Positions 48,397-59,087 are shown, counted from the first letter of the stretch. The stretch: DNA of 64,000 bases from an uncultured Verrucomicrobiae bacterium (GCA_963813025.1 CAWEXO010000011.1:955927-1019926), one strand, 5' to 3'. Notes: generated by a model from the letters alone, not told the origin. Program-made: numbers and translations.

Positions 48397-48967
48397 TGGT
48401 GCCATCGCCGCAGGTCAGTTGGCTGATTTTCAAGGCGCGAGCGAAGCGTCCATATCTCTGAATTCATACGGGTCGAGGTCCGAGCCGGACTGGCGGAAGC
48501 AACGCCGAAAAACAGCCAACTGGCCGCGGCCCAAAGGCTTGCGTTGAAAATGGGCCGGCGGCGGTGTTGCTCCTCGGTTACGTATCGATGCAGATATGCG
48601 CCCTCCTACTGCCAGTCCGGCTCGGACCGCCTTGCCGGCGGCCCATTTTGAACGCACCGATGGCACCAGTATATGAGAGACGGTGCACTAGCCAAACATG
48701 AGCAACATGGGCTTCGGACAAGGCCATTTCAAATTGCATTCGTCTTCTCCTTGGCGGACCAGCGCAAGACGTGGCGCGCCGTTCGGCCGAGTATTCATTC
48801 GTTGTCGGAGAAGGAAAGCGCGGCCGAGTCGCGGATATAAAACAACTCTTCGGCCCAGCAAGCAAATTCGGACGTCACGGTAAAATCGCTGCCCCACATG
48901 ATCCGCTCCGGTCCGAAAGCCGCCAGCGCGCGCTCTAGAAGAGTATCTTGCCGGACGGAATAGTTAG

Positions 48968-49879
48968 TCAATTATACACGGATGTTGCCGGCATACGAAC
49001 CTGGAACGGGCTGCTCTCGACGGTTTCACTGAAACCTCTCTTCGGATAAGCGGACACATCACTCCCCATCACGTGCCGGTACTTGTCCGGTGTCAGATAA
49101 TAATGGCGCCGAAACACCTTCCCTAGATGGGTCGCATCGGCAAACCCGGTCAGTTGAGCAACCGCCGAGAGCTTTAACGAAGAAGAGACCAAGAGTTTGG
49201 CCGCCTGACCCAGACGTACCTGGTTGATAAATCGGGCCGGACTCAGACCGGTTGTTCGTCGAAAATAGTGAGTAAATCCAGTGCGGCTCATGCCACGTTG
49301 CTCAGCGAGTTCGGCCACGCTTGGCACACATTTGGCTAAGCGCTTCATGATTTCGGTGCGCACCTCGCCCAGAATTCGCTCCCGGGGTAGCGGCGGATAC
49401 AAAATTTGATGTCCCAGGCGTTCAAACTCGGTGAGGAAACCAAAAAGGTCCGATTCCTCCGCGAATTCATCTGGCAGCGACGCCGCGCGCACCAGATCAA
49501 ACAATTTGAGCGCGCGTTCGATGAGGGGGGTTCGTGGCGGCACTTGCCAGATCGCTCCGGTGAGCCGGATCCGGTCCCTGATACGGCGAACGATGTAGGG
49601 GTGATCGATGATCAGCCAAAAAAAAGTCCAACGTTTAGATTCCGGTGGCAGCCAGTAAAAATCATCGCTTGGAACCAAGGTTGTAAAAGCGCAGCCGGGA
49701 GTCATTAAATTCGACTCGTTGCTATCACCCGGTCGAAAAGCGCCGGCACCGGCTAAGGTATACTGCCAGACAACGAAAGGGTTCTTCGCATCTCCCATCC
49801 GTTTCCGGCCATGCCAGGCGTACGCATTTGGATCGGTTTGTGTCTCTAATCCGCTGATGATGTGAGCCGGATAAGGCAT
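48968..49879 (-). CDS. AraC-family transcriptional regulator
   Basis: Cupin-like N-terminus QYTLAGAG; HTHs LAEQRGMSR..FRRTTGLSP and GFADATHLGKVFRR; start uncertain. Confidence 0.88.
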   Translation of the reverse strand: MPYPAHIISGLETQTDPNAYAWHGRKRMGDAKNPFVVWQYTLAGAGAFRPGDSNESNLMTPGCAFTTLVPSDDFYWLPPESKRWTFFWLIIDHPYIVRRIRDRIRLTGAIWQVPPRTPLIERALKLFDLVRAASLPDEFAEESDLFGFLTEFERLGHQILYPPLPRERILGEVRTEIMKRLAKCVPSVAELAEQRGMSRTGFTHYFRRTTGLSPARFINQVRLGQAAKLLVSSSLKLSAVAQLTGFADATHLGKVFRRHYYLTPDKYRHVMGSDVSAYPKRGFSETVESSPFQVRMPATSVYN

Positions 49880-50109
49880 GGACTCTTCCGGACGACACCG
49901 AAGCGTCCGTAAAGTACGATAAAGAGTTTCAAATTCGCAGTCATCATCCCCCCTGAGCGTTTCACTCATAGCTGTTCTGGGCCAAGCCGGTTCCCGTTGC
50001 ATTGTCACAAATTGACTACTACTTGCCCGTTTTGACTATTGCGGCCACTTTTGATCCAGCAAGATTAATTGCGGTCGTACCCCCCAAGTCTATCCCACGA
50101 TCCCATCCT

Positions 50110-51408
50110 ATGCGCAGATTCCCTCAACGTCTCGTCGTCGCAGCGATCCTCCTGGGATCGGCTGTTTCCGGGTTCAGCAGAGATCTTGATCTCTGGTTCA
50201 TCCCAATGTCCACGGAAGGTCCGTCCAAAGCTCCGCTCCTCCAATGGGCCAAGGAGAATTTCCCGAAGCTTTTGCCCGGCATCACGGTCGGCGACAACTT
50301 CGGTCCGCCGATTTATCAGGACGCTCAGCAGAAATTTATTGTGCAGGGCCGTAAAGGGAAACCGGATGTGATCGAGTCCGTGCTCGAAGGGATGATCGCT
50401 TACCAGAAAGCGGGCCTGCTCGCTCCGCTGGATGACCTCTTTAACCAATGGCCCGACAAGGACCAGTTCATTCCGAGCACGATCAAGGCTCTCACCATCA
50501 ACGGCAAGCTGTACGGTGTGCCATATAACACCAATGTGCGAGTGTTGCTCTACCGGAAGGATGTGTTCCAGAAATATGGGTTAACTCCTCCCAAAACCTG
50601 GAATGACCTCCTCCAATCCGCCTCATTGATTTCCAGCAAGGAATCTGGCGTGGCCGGCCTCGGGCTCACCACCAAGAATGGTAGCGTCCGGACCTTCCAG
50701 GAGTTTATCTCTTTCTTCTTTCAAGCCAACAACGGCGAGAACCCTTTTAAATACGATGAGGCCTCCAAGAATTGGACAATGAACACCAGTCCGGAAAAAT
50801 TGGCCGAGGTTCTGAAGCTGTATAATGACTGCTTTTTTGGGTCGAAGCCGTCCGCCGCAAACATCAACACGCGCGGCAACGACTATCAGGCGACCGACAC
50901 CGATTACGTGTCCGGAAAGAGCGCGATGGTGCCGATGGGTCCGTGGATTTATCAATACCGAAAAAACGGCGAGGTGGCCCGGAAGATCATGGAAGAAGAA
51001 ACCGGCGTTGCTCCGCTTCCGCTACCTCCCGGCGGCGTTCAGGCGACCTACCTCGAAGTGAAACCGATCTCGATCAATGCCTTCTCCAAGAACAAGGAAG
51101 ATGCCTGGAAGCTGGTGCAAGTTTTGACTAGTAAAGATTTCGTCGCATTTGAAAACCGCCTGGAAGGAGTGAATCCGCCGCGCAAGGATGTCGCCCAGAC
51201 GCCTGATTTCAAGAATGACTGGTGGCAGCAGGCTTTTATTGCCCAATTGCCGACCGGCGTGGCGCTGGCCCCAATCAACTGGGGATTGGTCATCAATGAT
51301 ATTACCGAAGCGATGCAGAAGGTAATCTATCAGAATAAATCGGCCGACGACGCGGGGAAGGAACTTTATAACACCCTCGAGCAAAGAGCGAAAAATAATC
51401 AGCTCTGA
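50110..51408 (+). CDS. Carbohydrate ABC substrate-binding protein (family 1)
   Basis: Signal peptide; PDV; GKLYGVP; YRKDVF; PKTWND; GKSAM..GPW. Confidence 0.88.
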   Translation: MRRFPQRLVVAAILLGSAVSGFSRDLDLWFIPMSTEGPSKAPLLQWAKENFPKLLPGITVGDNFGPPIYQDAQQKFIVQGRKGKPDVIESVLEGMIAYQKAGLLAPLDDLFNQWPDKDQFIPSTIKALTINGKLYGVPYNTNVRVLLYRKDVFQKYGLTPPKTWNDLLQSASLISSKESGVAGLGLTTKNGSVRTFQEFISFFFQANNGENPFKYDEASKNWTMNTSPEKLAEVLKLYNDCFFGSKPSAANINTRGNDYQATDTDYVSGKSAMVPMGPWIYQYRKNGEVARKIMEEETGVAPLPLPPGGVQATYLEVKPISINAFSKNKEDAWKLVQVLTSKDFVAFENRLEGVNPPRKDVAQTPDFKNDWWQQAFIAQLPTGVALAPINWGLVINDITEAMQKVIYQNKSADDAGKELYNTLEQRAKNNQL

Positions 51409-51648
51409 AAAGCGTGCTCGGATTAACATGCCCGTTCCTAAAGTTTCAAACCTGTCTTCTCTTTGACGGACCAGCGCTGGACAAGCCGCGCCGTCCGGAA
51501 GAGCGATGCAGGCTAAGCCGAAACGTTCTCGCGAAAGATGATCTGCATCCGGATTGACAGATTGGAACCATCCATCATTTTGACGGTTTTTTCCGCTCAT
51601 TCAGGCATTGGAAAAAGACCGAGGAAGTGAAATTTCCCCCCAAGAAGC

Positions 51649-52635
51649 ATGCATTCACAAATCACCCCCAGAAAGCTGCTCTGCTATTCAATCGCATTGA
51701 TTGTCGGCACGGTGGTGTCGATCCCGTTCGCCTGCTTGGCGCAGAACAAAAAAGCGGTCTACTACTGGATTTCCCACGGACCTCCGAGCAACCCAACCTG
51801 GAACTACTTCCTGCAAGGCGCGGAGCAGTGGGCCAAGGATACCGGCAACGAAGTTCGTACTTCCTTTCACAGCGGCGATGTACCGTCGCAGCAGGAAGCG
51901 GTCCGCGCGGCGATATCCGAGAAAGCGAGAGGGATCGTCTCAAGCGTTCCCGATCCCGGGAGTCTGACGAAGGTTATCGCCGAGGCGCATGCCGCCGGCA
52001 TTCCGGTCATTCTCATGAATACCGACGATGAGACCAGCGGTCGCGACGCCTACGTTGGCGGCGACCTCGTGGCGATCGGCCATCGGTGGGCGCAGTATCT
52101 CGTCGATCATGGCTTCGTAAAAAAGGGCGACTTTGTCTGGATGCCGGTGGAAGTTCCCGGCGCCACCTACCAGAGGCTCGAAACCCAGGGTATCGCCAGT
52201 GTCTTTAAACCGCTCGGCATCACTTACGAGGTCACCGAAGCAAAGCTCGATCCGGCCGAGATCATCAGCCATATGTCCGACTACATGACAGCCAACCGCG
52301 GCAAGATCAAGGCGATCATCGCGCTGGGCGACCTCGTAGCCCAAGCCGTCAGGCAGGTTTTCGACCAGGTTGGCGTCAGGCCCGGTGAGATTCCGGTGAT
52401 CGGCTGGGGCAACTCGATTGATGCCGCGCAGGAAGTCCTGGATGGCTACGTCAAAATGGCTACGTGGCAAGATCCTCAGGCGACCAGTTACCTGGCCCTG
52501 GCGATAGCATCAATGGCCGCCAGCGGTATTCCGCCCGGATTCGACATTCATGTGGGTACCCAGTACGAAAAAGACAAGGCGGCGACTTACCTGAAGATTA
52601 TGCAGGGCGCCGCGACGACCAAAGGGCACAAATAG
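51649..52635 (+). CDS. Sugar ABC substrate-binding protein (type 1 fold)
   Basis: Signal peptide; WISHG; AGIPVILMN; YVGGD; WQDPQ. Confidence 0.82.
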   Translation: MHSQITPRKLLCYSIALIVGTVVSIPFACLAQNKKAVYYWISHGPPSNPTWNYFLQGAEQWAKDTGNEVRTSFHSGDVPSQQEAVRAAISEKARGIVSSVPDPGSLTKVIAEAHAAGIPVILMNTDDETSGRDAYVGGDLVAIGHRWAQYLVDHGFVKKGDFVWMPVEVPGATYQRLETQGIASVFKPLGITYEVTEAKLDPAEIISHMSDYMTANRGKIKAIIALGDLVAQAVRQVFDQVGVRPGEIPVIGWGNSIDAAQEVLDGYVKMATWQDPQATSYLALAIASMAASGIPPGFDIHVGTQYEKDKAATYLKIMQGAATTKGHK

Positions 52636-52647
52636 CTGCTTGCAGAG

Positions 52648-53745
52648 ATGCCAAATACGCTCGGATTTGAGCCCGACCCAGAGATTCGGTGCCGCGATTT
52701 CAAAATCGGATGTATCGGCGCCGGGTTTATCATGGCTGATGTTCAGCTGCTTGCCTATTCTGGGGCCGGGTTTCCAGTGGAGGCGATTGCATCGCGGACA
52801 CCGGCGCGGGCGGCCGAAGTGGCGAATCGATGGAGGATTCCCCGGGTCCATCCGACTCCCCGAGAACTCATCGAAGATCCCGCGGTCGAGATCGTCGATA
52901 TCGCGTTTCCACCGGATCAGCAACCGGATCTGATCCGGCATGCGTTGAGGCAACCGCATGTGCGCGCGATCCTTGCACAGAAACCGCTCGCGATGGATCT
53001 CGCGACGGCGACAGCCTTGGTCGACGAGGCTTCGGGGAGCAATAAGGTGCTGTCGGTGAATCAAAACATGCGATTCGACCAGTCAATGCGCGTTCTGCGA
53101 GAACTGCTGGATCGAAACGAGCTGGGAACGCCGGTTCTCGGCACGATCGAGATGCGCGCCATCCCTCATTGGCAGCCGTTCCTGGAAGCTTACGATCGCC
53201 TGACGTTGCTCAACATGAGCATTCATCACCTCGATGTGTTGCGATTCCTGTTTGGCGATCCCACCGAGATCTCCACCATGGTGCGCCGAGACCCGCGCAC
53301 TAAATTCCGGCACACGGACGGAATTTGTGTCTCCACACTTCAATTCCCTTCCGAAGTCATGGCGGTCACGATGGAAGATGTCTGGTCGGGACCGCGCGAA
53401 GAAGGTTTCGACTCCGATATCTTCATCAAGTGGCGAGTGGAAGGAACCGAGGGCATCGCACAGGGCACCATCGGCTGGCCGGACTACCCCGGCGGATCGC
53501 CATCGACGCTTCGTTACTGTTCGAGGGAGACTACCAATGGGAAGTGGGTCCAGCCAACCTGGGATACCCGGTGGTTCCCACACGCCTTTGCCGGTGTCAT
53601 GGAGCAGTTACAATATGCACTGAAGAGCGGAACGTCCCCGATGTTAACCGGGGCGGATAATCTCAAGACGATGGCGCTCGTGGAGGCGGCCTACCGCTCG
53701 GCTAAAGAACATCGATCCGTGTGCCTCGCTGAATTTCGTTTTTGA
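52648..53745 (+). CDS. Gfo/Idh/MocA family oxidoreductase
   Basis: IGCIGAGFI, AQKPLA, NQNMRF, IHHLD. Confidence 0.92.
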   Translation: MPNTLGFEPDPEIRCRDFKIGCIGAGFIMADVQLLAYSGAGFPVEAIASRTPARAAEVANRWRIPRVHPTPRELIEDPAVEIVDIAFPPDQQPDLIRHALRQPHVRAILAQKPLAMDLATATALVDEASGSNKVLSVNQNMRFDQSMRVLRELLDRNELGTPVLGTIEMRAIPHWQPFLEAYDRLTLLNMSIHHLDVLRFLFGDPTEISTMVRRDPRTKFRHTDGICVSTLQFPSEVMAVTMEDVWSGPREEGFDSDIFIKWRVEGTEGIAQGTIGWPDYPGGSPSTLRYCSRETTNGKWVQPTWDTRWFPHAFAGVMEQLQYALKSGTSPMLTGADNLKTMALVEAAYRSAKEHRSVCLAEFRF

Positions 53746-53776
53746 AAAACCACCACTTATCTAAAGAAAAACTACG

Positions 53777-54685
53777 ATGTTACAGGTAGGTATTTTTAAC
53801 GGTTATTTTCCTTACACCCTTAAAGAGCAAGCGAAGAAAATCCGGGAGCTCGGATTTAATACAGTGCAGCTTGATCTGGCGTTTAAGGACATTGATTTTT
53901 CCACGCCTGAGTCGCTCAGACTGGAAAAGGCGAAGCGGGTACGCGAAACCTTCCGCGAACATAATCTGCCGATTTGCTGCGTCTCCGGTTATACGAATAT
54001 CGTTGATCCGAACCGGGCGAAGCGAAAGGAGAAGCTCAACTATTTGAAGGCTTTGCTGCGGAATGCGCGGCATTTTGGAAGCCCTTACGTAATCTCAGAG
54101 ACGGGAACTTTTAATCCGGAATCGGACTGGGTGACTCATCCTAAAAACCGAACCGAAGAAGGATTTCAAGATTGCAAAAAGGTAATTAAGGAGCTTGCCC
54201 AGGTAGCGTACGATCACGGCGCGGTCTTTCTGTTGGAGACGTATGTTAACAATGTGATTGGCTCCGTGGAAGAGGCGGTGAGGATCTTTGCCGAGGTGGA
54301 CCATCCGGGTCTGGCTTTGTTGATGGACCCGACGAACTATTTTGAAGCGCATAATATCGATCGGATGGACCAGGTGTTAAAGCAGGCCTTCGATACGCTT
54401 TCGGATAGAATTCGGATCGGCCATGCGAAGGATGTGAAGCGTTCCGGAAGCGATAAGGCGGAGAAGCATGCCAAGATTGACGCTTCGGAAGCCCATTCAT
54501 TCCGCGGAGTCGGGGAGATCGAGTTGCCGGCCCCCGGCCTCGGTAGTTTGAACTACGATTACTATCTTCAGCGTCTTGCCGAGAAGCACCCGAACGTTCC
54601 GATAATCATCGAACACCTCGAGGAGTCAGACGTCCCTCGAGCAAAGAAGTTCCTCGATGGCAAGCTGAAGGCCCTTGGCTTGTAG
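53777..54685 (+). CDS. Sugar phosphate isomerase/epimerase (xylose isomerase-like TIM barrel)
   Basis: Metal-ligand pattern LLET, MDPTN, HAKD, PGLG, IIEH. Confidence 0.88.
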   Translation: MLQVGIFNGYFPYTLKEQAKKIRELGFNTVQLDLAFKDIDFSTPESLRLEKAKRVRETFREHNLPICCVSGYTNIVDPNRAKRKEKLNYLKALLRNARHFGSPYVISETGTFNPESDWVTHPKNRTEEGFQDCKKVIKELAQVAYDHGAVFLLETYVNNVIGSVEEAVRIFAEVDHPGLALLMDPTNYFEAHNIDRMDQVLKQAFDTLSDRIRIGHAKDVKRSGSDKAEKHAKIDASEAHSFRGVGEIELPAPGLGSLNYDYYLQRLAEKHPNVPIIIEHLEESDVPRAKKFLDGKLKALGL

Positions 54686-54716
54686 TTGAAACTGGAAGGA
54701 CTGGAGAGAACGATCG

Positions 54717-55898
54717 ATGGCCCGGTTATATGGTGATGATCTCACTCGCCGCGAGATCGCTCAGAGAGCTGGGATGCTGTCTCAGTTCGCCGGAGTCCGG
54801 CTCATGACCTTGAAGGATGGCGTGGAGCGGGGGATTCGCCTGCTGGAATTTCGGACGGGATCAGGGTTGCGCTTTACGGTTCTTGCCGACCGCGCGTTTG
54901 ACGTCGCCGATTGTGAGTATCGCGGTGCGGCGATCGGTTGGCATTCTCCGGCCGGCTTCCGTCATCCCGGGTTGCACGAATATGAAGGGGAGGGAGGGTT
55001 GGCCTGGTTAAGGTCTTTTTCGGGTCTGCTCGTCACCTGTGGGTTGGACCATATTCTGTTCATGGATTCAGAGAGCGCCGAGCATTATCACTATCGGCCC
55101 CGGAAAACCGTGGACAGCTCGATTCACGGCCGAATCTCCACCATTCCAGGACGGTTGCTGAGCTACGGCGAACGCTGGGAGGGCGATGAATGCATCCTGT
55201 ATTGCGAAGGAATCGTCCAGCAGTCCACGGTGTTTGGCGAGGATCTGCATCTTCGACGGCGCATTGAAACAAAGGTTGGCCACAATGAGTTCACCATTCG
55301 TGACCAGGTGATCAACCACGGTTTTTATCGGACGCCACACATGTTCTGTTACCATATCAACATTGGCTATCCGCTGCTGGATGAGGGAAGTCGTTATCTC
55401 GCTCCGATCAAAAAGGTCATTTGGGCCGCGCACGCCGGGAGCTACCAGGAGCAGAACGTTGGTTATAGACGGGCCCCAAAGCCGCGGCATAACTTTCACG
55501 AGCAAGTATGGGAACATCAGCTCGCGGCTGACCCCGACGGGAAGGTAGCGTTCGCCGTGGTTAGTGAGCGATTCAACGGAGGACAAGGTCTGGGGATGCT
55601 CATTGAAGTAAACAAGAAAGAGTTTCCCTGTCACTTTGAGTGGCAGAACTTTCAAGAGGGTCAATATGCGATTGGCGTTGAGCCTTCGACCAATCACGTT
55701 TTGGGCAAACCTTTTGCCAAAGAGCGGGGCGAACTCATCGGGCTCGAGCACGGCGAGGAACGAACCTATACGACACGATTTGAAGTTTTGGAAAATTCAA
55801 GCGCGATCCAGAAGGCTGAGCAACGGATCCAACAAATCGCGCAACAACCTTTGGACGATTATCCGACACCGACCGGTGAGTGGGAAGCGCTGCGTTAA
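54717..55898 (+). CDS. Aldose 1-epimerase-like protein (DUF4432-type)
   Basis: GLRFTVLADRAFD, TCGLDH, IHGR, YHINIG, GVEPST. Confidence 0.85.
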   Translation: MARLYGDDLTRREIAQRAGMLSQFAGVRLMTLKDGVERGIRLLEFRTGSGLRFTVLADRAFDVADCEYRGAAIGWHSPAGFRHPGLHEYEGEGGLAWLRSFSGLLVTCGLDHILFMDSESAEHYHYRPRKTVDSSIHGRISTIPGRLLSYGERWEGDECILYCEGIVQQSTVFGEDLHLRRRIETKVGHNEFTIRDQVINHGFYRTPHMFCYHINIGYPLLDEGSRYLAPIKKVIWAAHAGSYQEQNVGYRRAPKPRHNFHEQVWEHQLAADPDGKVAFAVVSERFNGGQGLGMLIEVNKKEFPCHFEWQNFQEGQYAIGVEPSTNHVLGKPFAKERGELIGLEHGEERTYTTRFEVLENSSAIQKAEQRIQQIAQQPLDDYPTPTGEWEALR

Positions 55899-55920
55899 AC
55901 ACCTCCAATTCACCTAACCT

Positions 55921-56673
55921 ATGGACTTGAGCGGCCGAACGATTTTACTAACCGGAGCCACCGGAGGTCTCGGATGGGCAGCTTCGTTGGGATTTGTGCG
56001 AGGGGGAGGCCGGGTCTTTGCGCTCGACATCGCTCCGGAGAAAGGAAAACGCCTGGAGCAAGAGGCGAGGGAGCTAGGCACCGGCTCGCTCGTGTATGTC
56101 AACCAGGATCTGGGCGATCAAGACCAGCTGCGTCGAACCCTGCAATCCATCGTGGAACGTGAAGGCGAAATTGAGATCCTGGTGAACAACGCGGCAATCT
56201 ACCCCTCGAAGCCCTTTGAGGATTATTCAATCGACGAATACCGGAAAGTTCAGCAGATCAATGTCGAAGCCGCCGTTCTCTGTTGTCAGGTTCTCTTGCC
56301 CGGGATGAGACAGCGCGGCCATGGTCGAATTGTTAATGTTTCCAGTGTCACGTTTTATGGAGTATTGCCGAATCTCTATCCGTACGTTGCTTCGAAGGCA
56401 TCCCTGATTGGTCTGACCCGGGCATGGGCTCGCGAGTTCGGCGTCTTTGGCGTAACGGTAAATGCAATCTGTCCGGGGGCGATTCCGACGGATGCGGAGA
56501 AAATTCATCCTGATCCAGAGGGGTACACGAAGTTTATCCTCGATCATCAGTCATTGAAGCGGAGAGGCCGCCCGCAAGATGTCGCCGACGCGATGCTCTA
56601 CCTCGCATCCGATTCCTCCAGCTTCATTACCGGTCAAGTCTTCAACGTCGACGGCGGATGGATCATGGGTTAG
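55921..56673 (+). CDS. Short-chain dehydrogenase/reductase
   Basis: TGATGGLG, NNA, YVASK, VNAICPG, VDGG. Confidence 0.93.
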   Translation: MDLSGRTILLTGATGGLGWAASLGFVRGGGRVFALDIAPEKGKRLEQEARELGTGSLVYVNQDLGDQDQLRRTLQSIVEREGEIEILVNNAAIYPSKPFEDYSIDEYRKVQQINVEAAVLCCQVLLPGMRQRGHGRIVNVSSVTFYGVLPNLYPYVASKASLIGLTRAWAREFGVFGVTVNAICPGAIPTDAEKIHPDPEGYTKFILDHQSLKRRGRPQDVADAMLYLASDSSSFITGQVFNVDGGWIMG

Positions 56674-56703
56674 GCGCGACGAACGATTGCAAAGAGAAAA
56701 GTT

Positions 56704-57897
56704 ATGGGAATTCTTACAGGCTACCGCGTCCTGGATTGCACCATCGCCATGGCCGGCCCCTTCGCTGCCCTCAGATTGGGCGATCTGGGAGCCGACGTCA
56801 TTAAGATCGAGCCAGTAAAAGGCGAATGGCACCGGTTTATCTCCGCGGGCAATGCGATGGGAAACCGGGTGAACGTTTCGTTTCTCGCGTTAAACCGCAA
56901 CAAGCGCTCCCTGGCCGTGGATTTGAAATCGCCGGCAGGGAAGGAAGTGCTTACGGATCTGGTAAAAACCTCGGATGTTTTCCTCCAGAACTATCGGCCG
57001 GGCGTAGCCGAACGCTTGGGAGTCAGTTACGCCGATCTCTCCAGGATCAATCCGCGCTTGGTTTACGTCTCCATGTCCGGGTATGGCTCAAGCGGACCAT
57101 ACGCCACGAAGCCCGGCCAAGATTTGCTATTACAGGCCCTGAGCGGCTCAATGTTATCAGTGGGTCGAGAGGGAGATCCACCGGCGCCTGCCGGGTTGTA
57201 TGTCGCTGACGCAGTAACAGCTTACACGGCGTTCGAAGGAGTGTTAGCGGCCCTGCTCTATCGGGAACGGACCGGCGAAGGCCAACTGGTGGAGGTAAAT
57301 ATGCTCGACGCGATGGTCACCCTCCAGATGCAGGAACTGTCGGTGTTCACAGTCGGACGGAAGCCCCAGAAGCGAACCAAAGAACCGCATGGGCACCCCT
57401 ATATTCGTGCTCCGTACGGTGTTTTCGAAACCAAGGATGGCTACATTGTGCTCGCCTATACGCCTCTGCGTAAACTTGGTGAGACGATTGGCGAGGCATC
57501 TTTCTTGGAGATGGACGACGAAACTGACACCTGGACCCGGCGAGATGAAATCCACTCAAAGATCAGCCAGCGTCTGAAGACGCGCAGCAGCCAGGAATGG
57601 CTGGAGGCATTTGCGGCTCACGCGTTCTGGGCGGCGCCGGTCTATGGGTATGCCGATGTGGTTGAAGACCCGCAGATCAAGCACAATGGCACGTTCGTAG
57701 AGTACCAACATCCGACGGAAGGTTTGGTGAAGACGCCCGGATTTGCCATCAAGTTTTCGAAGACGCCTTCCAAGGTTGAACGCGGAGCGCCGCTCAACGG
57801 TGAACACACGCGCGAGATTCTCCAAGAGCTTCGCTACGATAACCAGCGGATCGATGAGCTGATTCAGAAGGGAGTGCTCGCGGAGACGAAGTTATGA
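56704..57897 (+). CDS. Class III CoA-transferase (CaiB/BaiF family)
   Basis: MAGPFA..LGDLGADVIKIE, NRNKRS, NYRPG, SGYG, VAD. Confidence 0.94.
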   Translation: MGILTGYRVLDCTIAMAGPFAALRLGDLGADVIKIEPVKGEWHRFISAGNAMGNRVNVSFLALNRNKRSLAVDLKSPAGKEVLTDLVKTSDVFLQNYRPGVAERLGVSYADLSRINPRLVYVSMSGYGSSGPYATKPGQDLLLQALSGSMLSVGREGDPPAPAGLYVADAVTAYTAFEGVLAALLYRERTGEGQLVEVNMLDAMVTLQMQELSVFTVGRKPQKRTKEPHGHPYIRAPYGVFETKDGYIVLAYTPLRKLGETIGEASFLEMDDETDTWTRRDEIHSKISQRLKTRSSQEWLEAFAAHAFWAAPVYGYADVVEDPQIKHNGTFVEYQHPTEGLVKTPGFAIKFSKTPSKVERGAPLNGEHTREILQELRYDNQRIDELIQKGVLAETKL

Positions 57898-59078
57898 GCG
57901 ACGGGCGGTGGAGTTACACGGGGATCACTTGGGATCATCCTCGCGGGTATAATGCGCTGGCAGAAGCAAGCCGGCGTCTGGAAGCGCAGGGCTCTTCAGT
58001 CTCGATTCATTGGGAAAAGCAATCACTGGAAGGATTTGAGTCTCGATCAATCGAGGAGGTCTGCGCTCGCTATGATCTTGTGTTGATGGATCATCCTCAG
58101 CTTGGCCTGGCGATTTCAAGAAACTGTTTGCAACCGCTCGATGAATGGTTGTCGAGAGCCTGCATCGAGCGCATCGCTGGCCGGACTATCGGGCCCGCTT
58201 TTCAAAGTTACTATTATGAAGGGAGATACTGGGCGCTGCCATTGGATGCCGCGACCCAGGTAATGGCGCTCCGGCTCGACTTGCTCGGCAATCGGACAGT
58301 ACCGGTAACTTGGGATGAAGTGGTCCAATTGTCGGCGGACGTCCCCGTAATTCTGTCCATGGGCGGGCCCCATTCGTTGATGACATTCTTTTCGATTTGC
58401 ATAGCTCTCGGTGAGCCGCCGGCCAGTCTTGATGCGGACATTGTGATCTCAGAATCGATCGGAGAAAAGGCGCTGGAGTTGATGGCCAAACTGACTGCCC
58501 GGATGCCGGCCTTCGGCTTTGAGCTAAATCCGATTCAGATTTTCGAGCGCATGACTCAGACCGATGAGGTTGCGTGCTGTCCGCTAATCTACGGTTACGT
58601 CAATTACGCCGATCCGCGTGCTCGTCACCGGAAAACCCTCACGTTTGCGGACGCGCCAATGGCCGGCAAGGGAGGCCGCCATGGATCCACGCTCGGTGGG
58701 ACCGGCCTGGCTGTTTCGCGAAAGACTCACCTGTGCCGCGAGCTCACTGAGCATCTCCGGTGGCTGCTCTCAGATGATGCCCAACGGAATGTGATTCCAG
58801 ATTTCGACGGCCAGCCGAGCGCCTTGGCGGCGTGGTCAGATCCCGATTTGAATCGGCGTTGGAACAATTTTTACCAGAATACTTTCAGGACGCTTCAGGA
58901 GGCGTGGATTCGTCCGCGCCACGCGGGTTATGTCGCGTTTCAGTCGGAAGGTTCGGACATCATCCGAGATGGACTGCAAACCGGTGAACCCGTCACCAAG
59001 GTCTTTGAATCCTTGCAGGGCGCCTACGCCCGCCATCGGCATTCTCCGAATTCATCCGATCTTCATCAAGCGAGCTGA
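57894..59078 (+). CDS. Solute-binding-protein-fold protein without evident signal peptide
   Basis: GITWDHPRG, DHP, ALPLDAA, TWDEV, LGGTGLAVS; no hydrophobic N-terminus; ATGA overlap with the CoA-transferase. Confidence 0.75.
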   Translation: MSDGRWSYTGITWDHPRGYNALAEASRRLEAQGSSVSIHWEKQSLEGFESRSIEEVCARYDLVLMDHPQLGLAISRNCLQPLDEWLSRACIERIAGRTIGPAFQSYYYEGRYWALPLDAATQVMALRLDLLGNRTVPVTWDEVVQLSADVPVILSMGGPHSLMTFFSICIALGEPPASLDADIVISESIGEKALELMAKLTARMPAFGFELNPIQIFERMTQTDEVACCPLIYGYVNYADPRARHRKTLTFADAPMAGKGGRHGSTLGGTGLAVSRKTHLCRELTEHLRWLLSDDAQRNVIPDFDGQPSALAAWSDPDLNRRWNNFYQNTFRTLQEAWIRPRHAGYVAFQSEGSDIIRDGLQTGEPVTKVFESLQGAYARHRHSPNSSDLHQAS

Positions 59079-59087
59079 TCACCAGTT

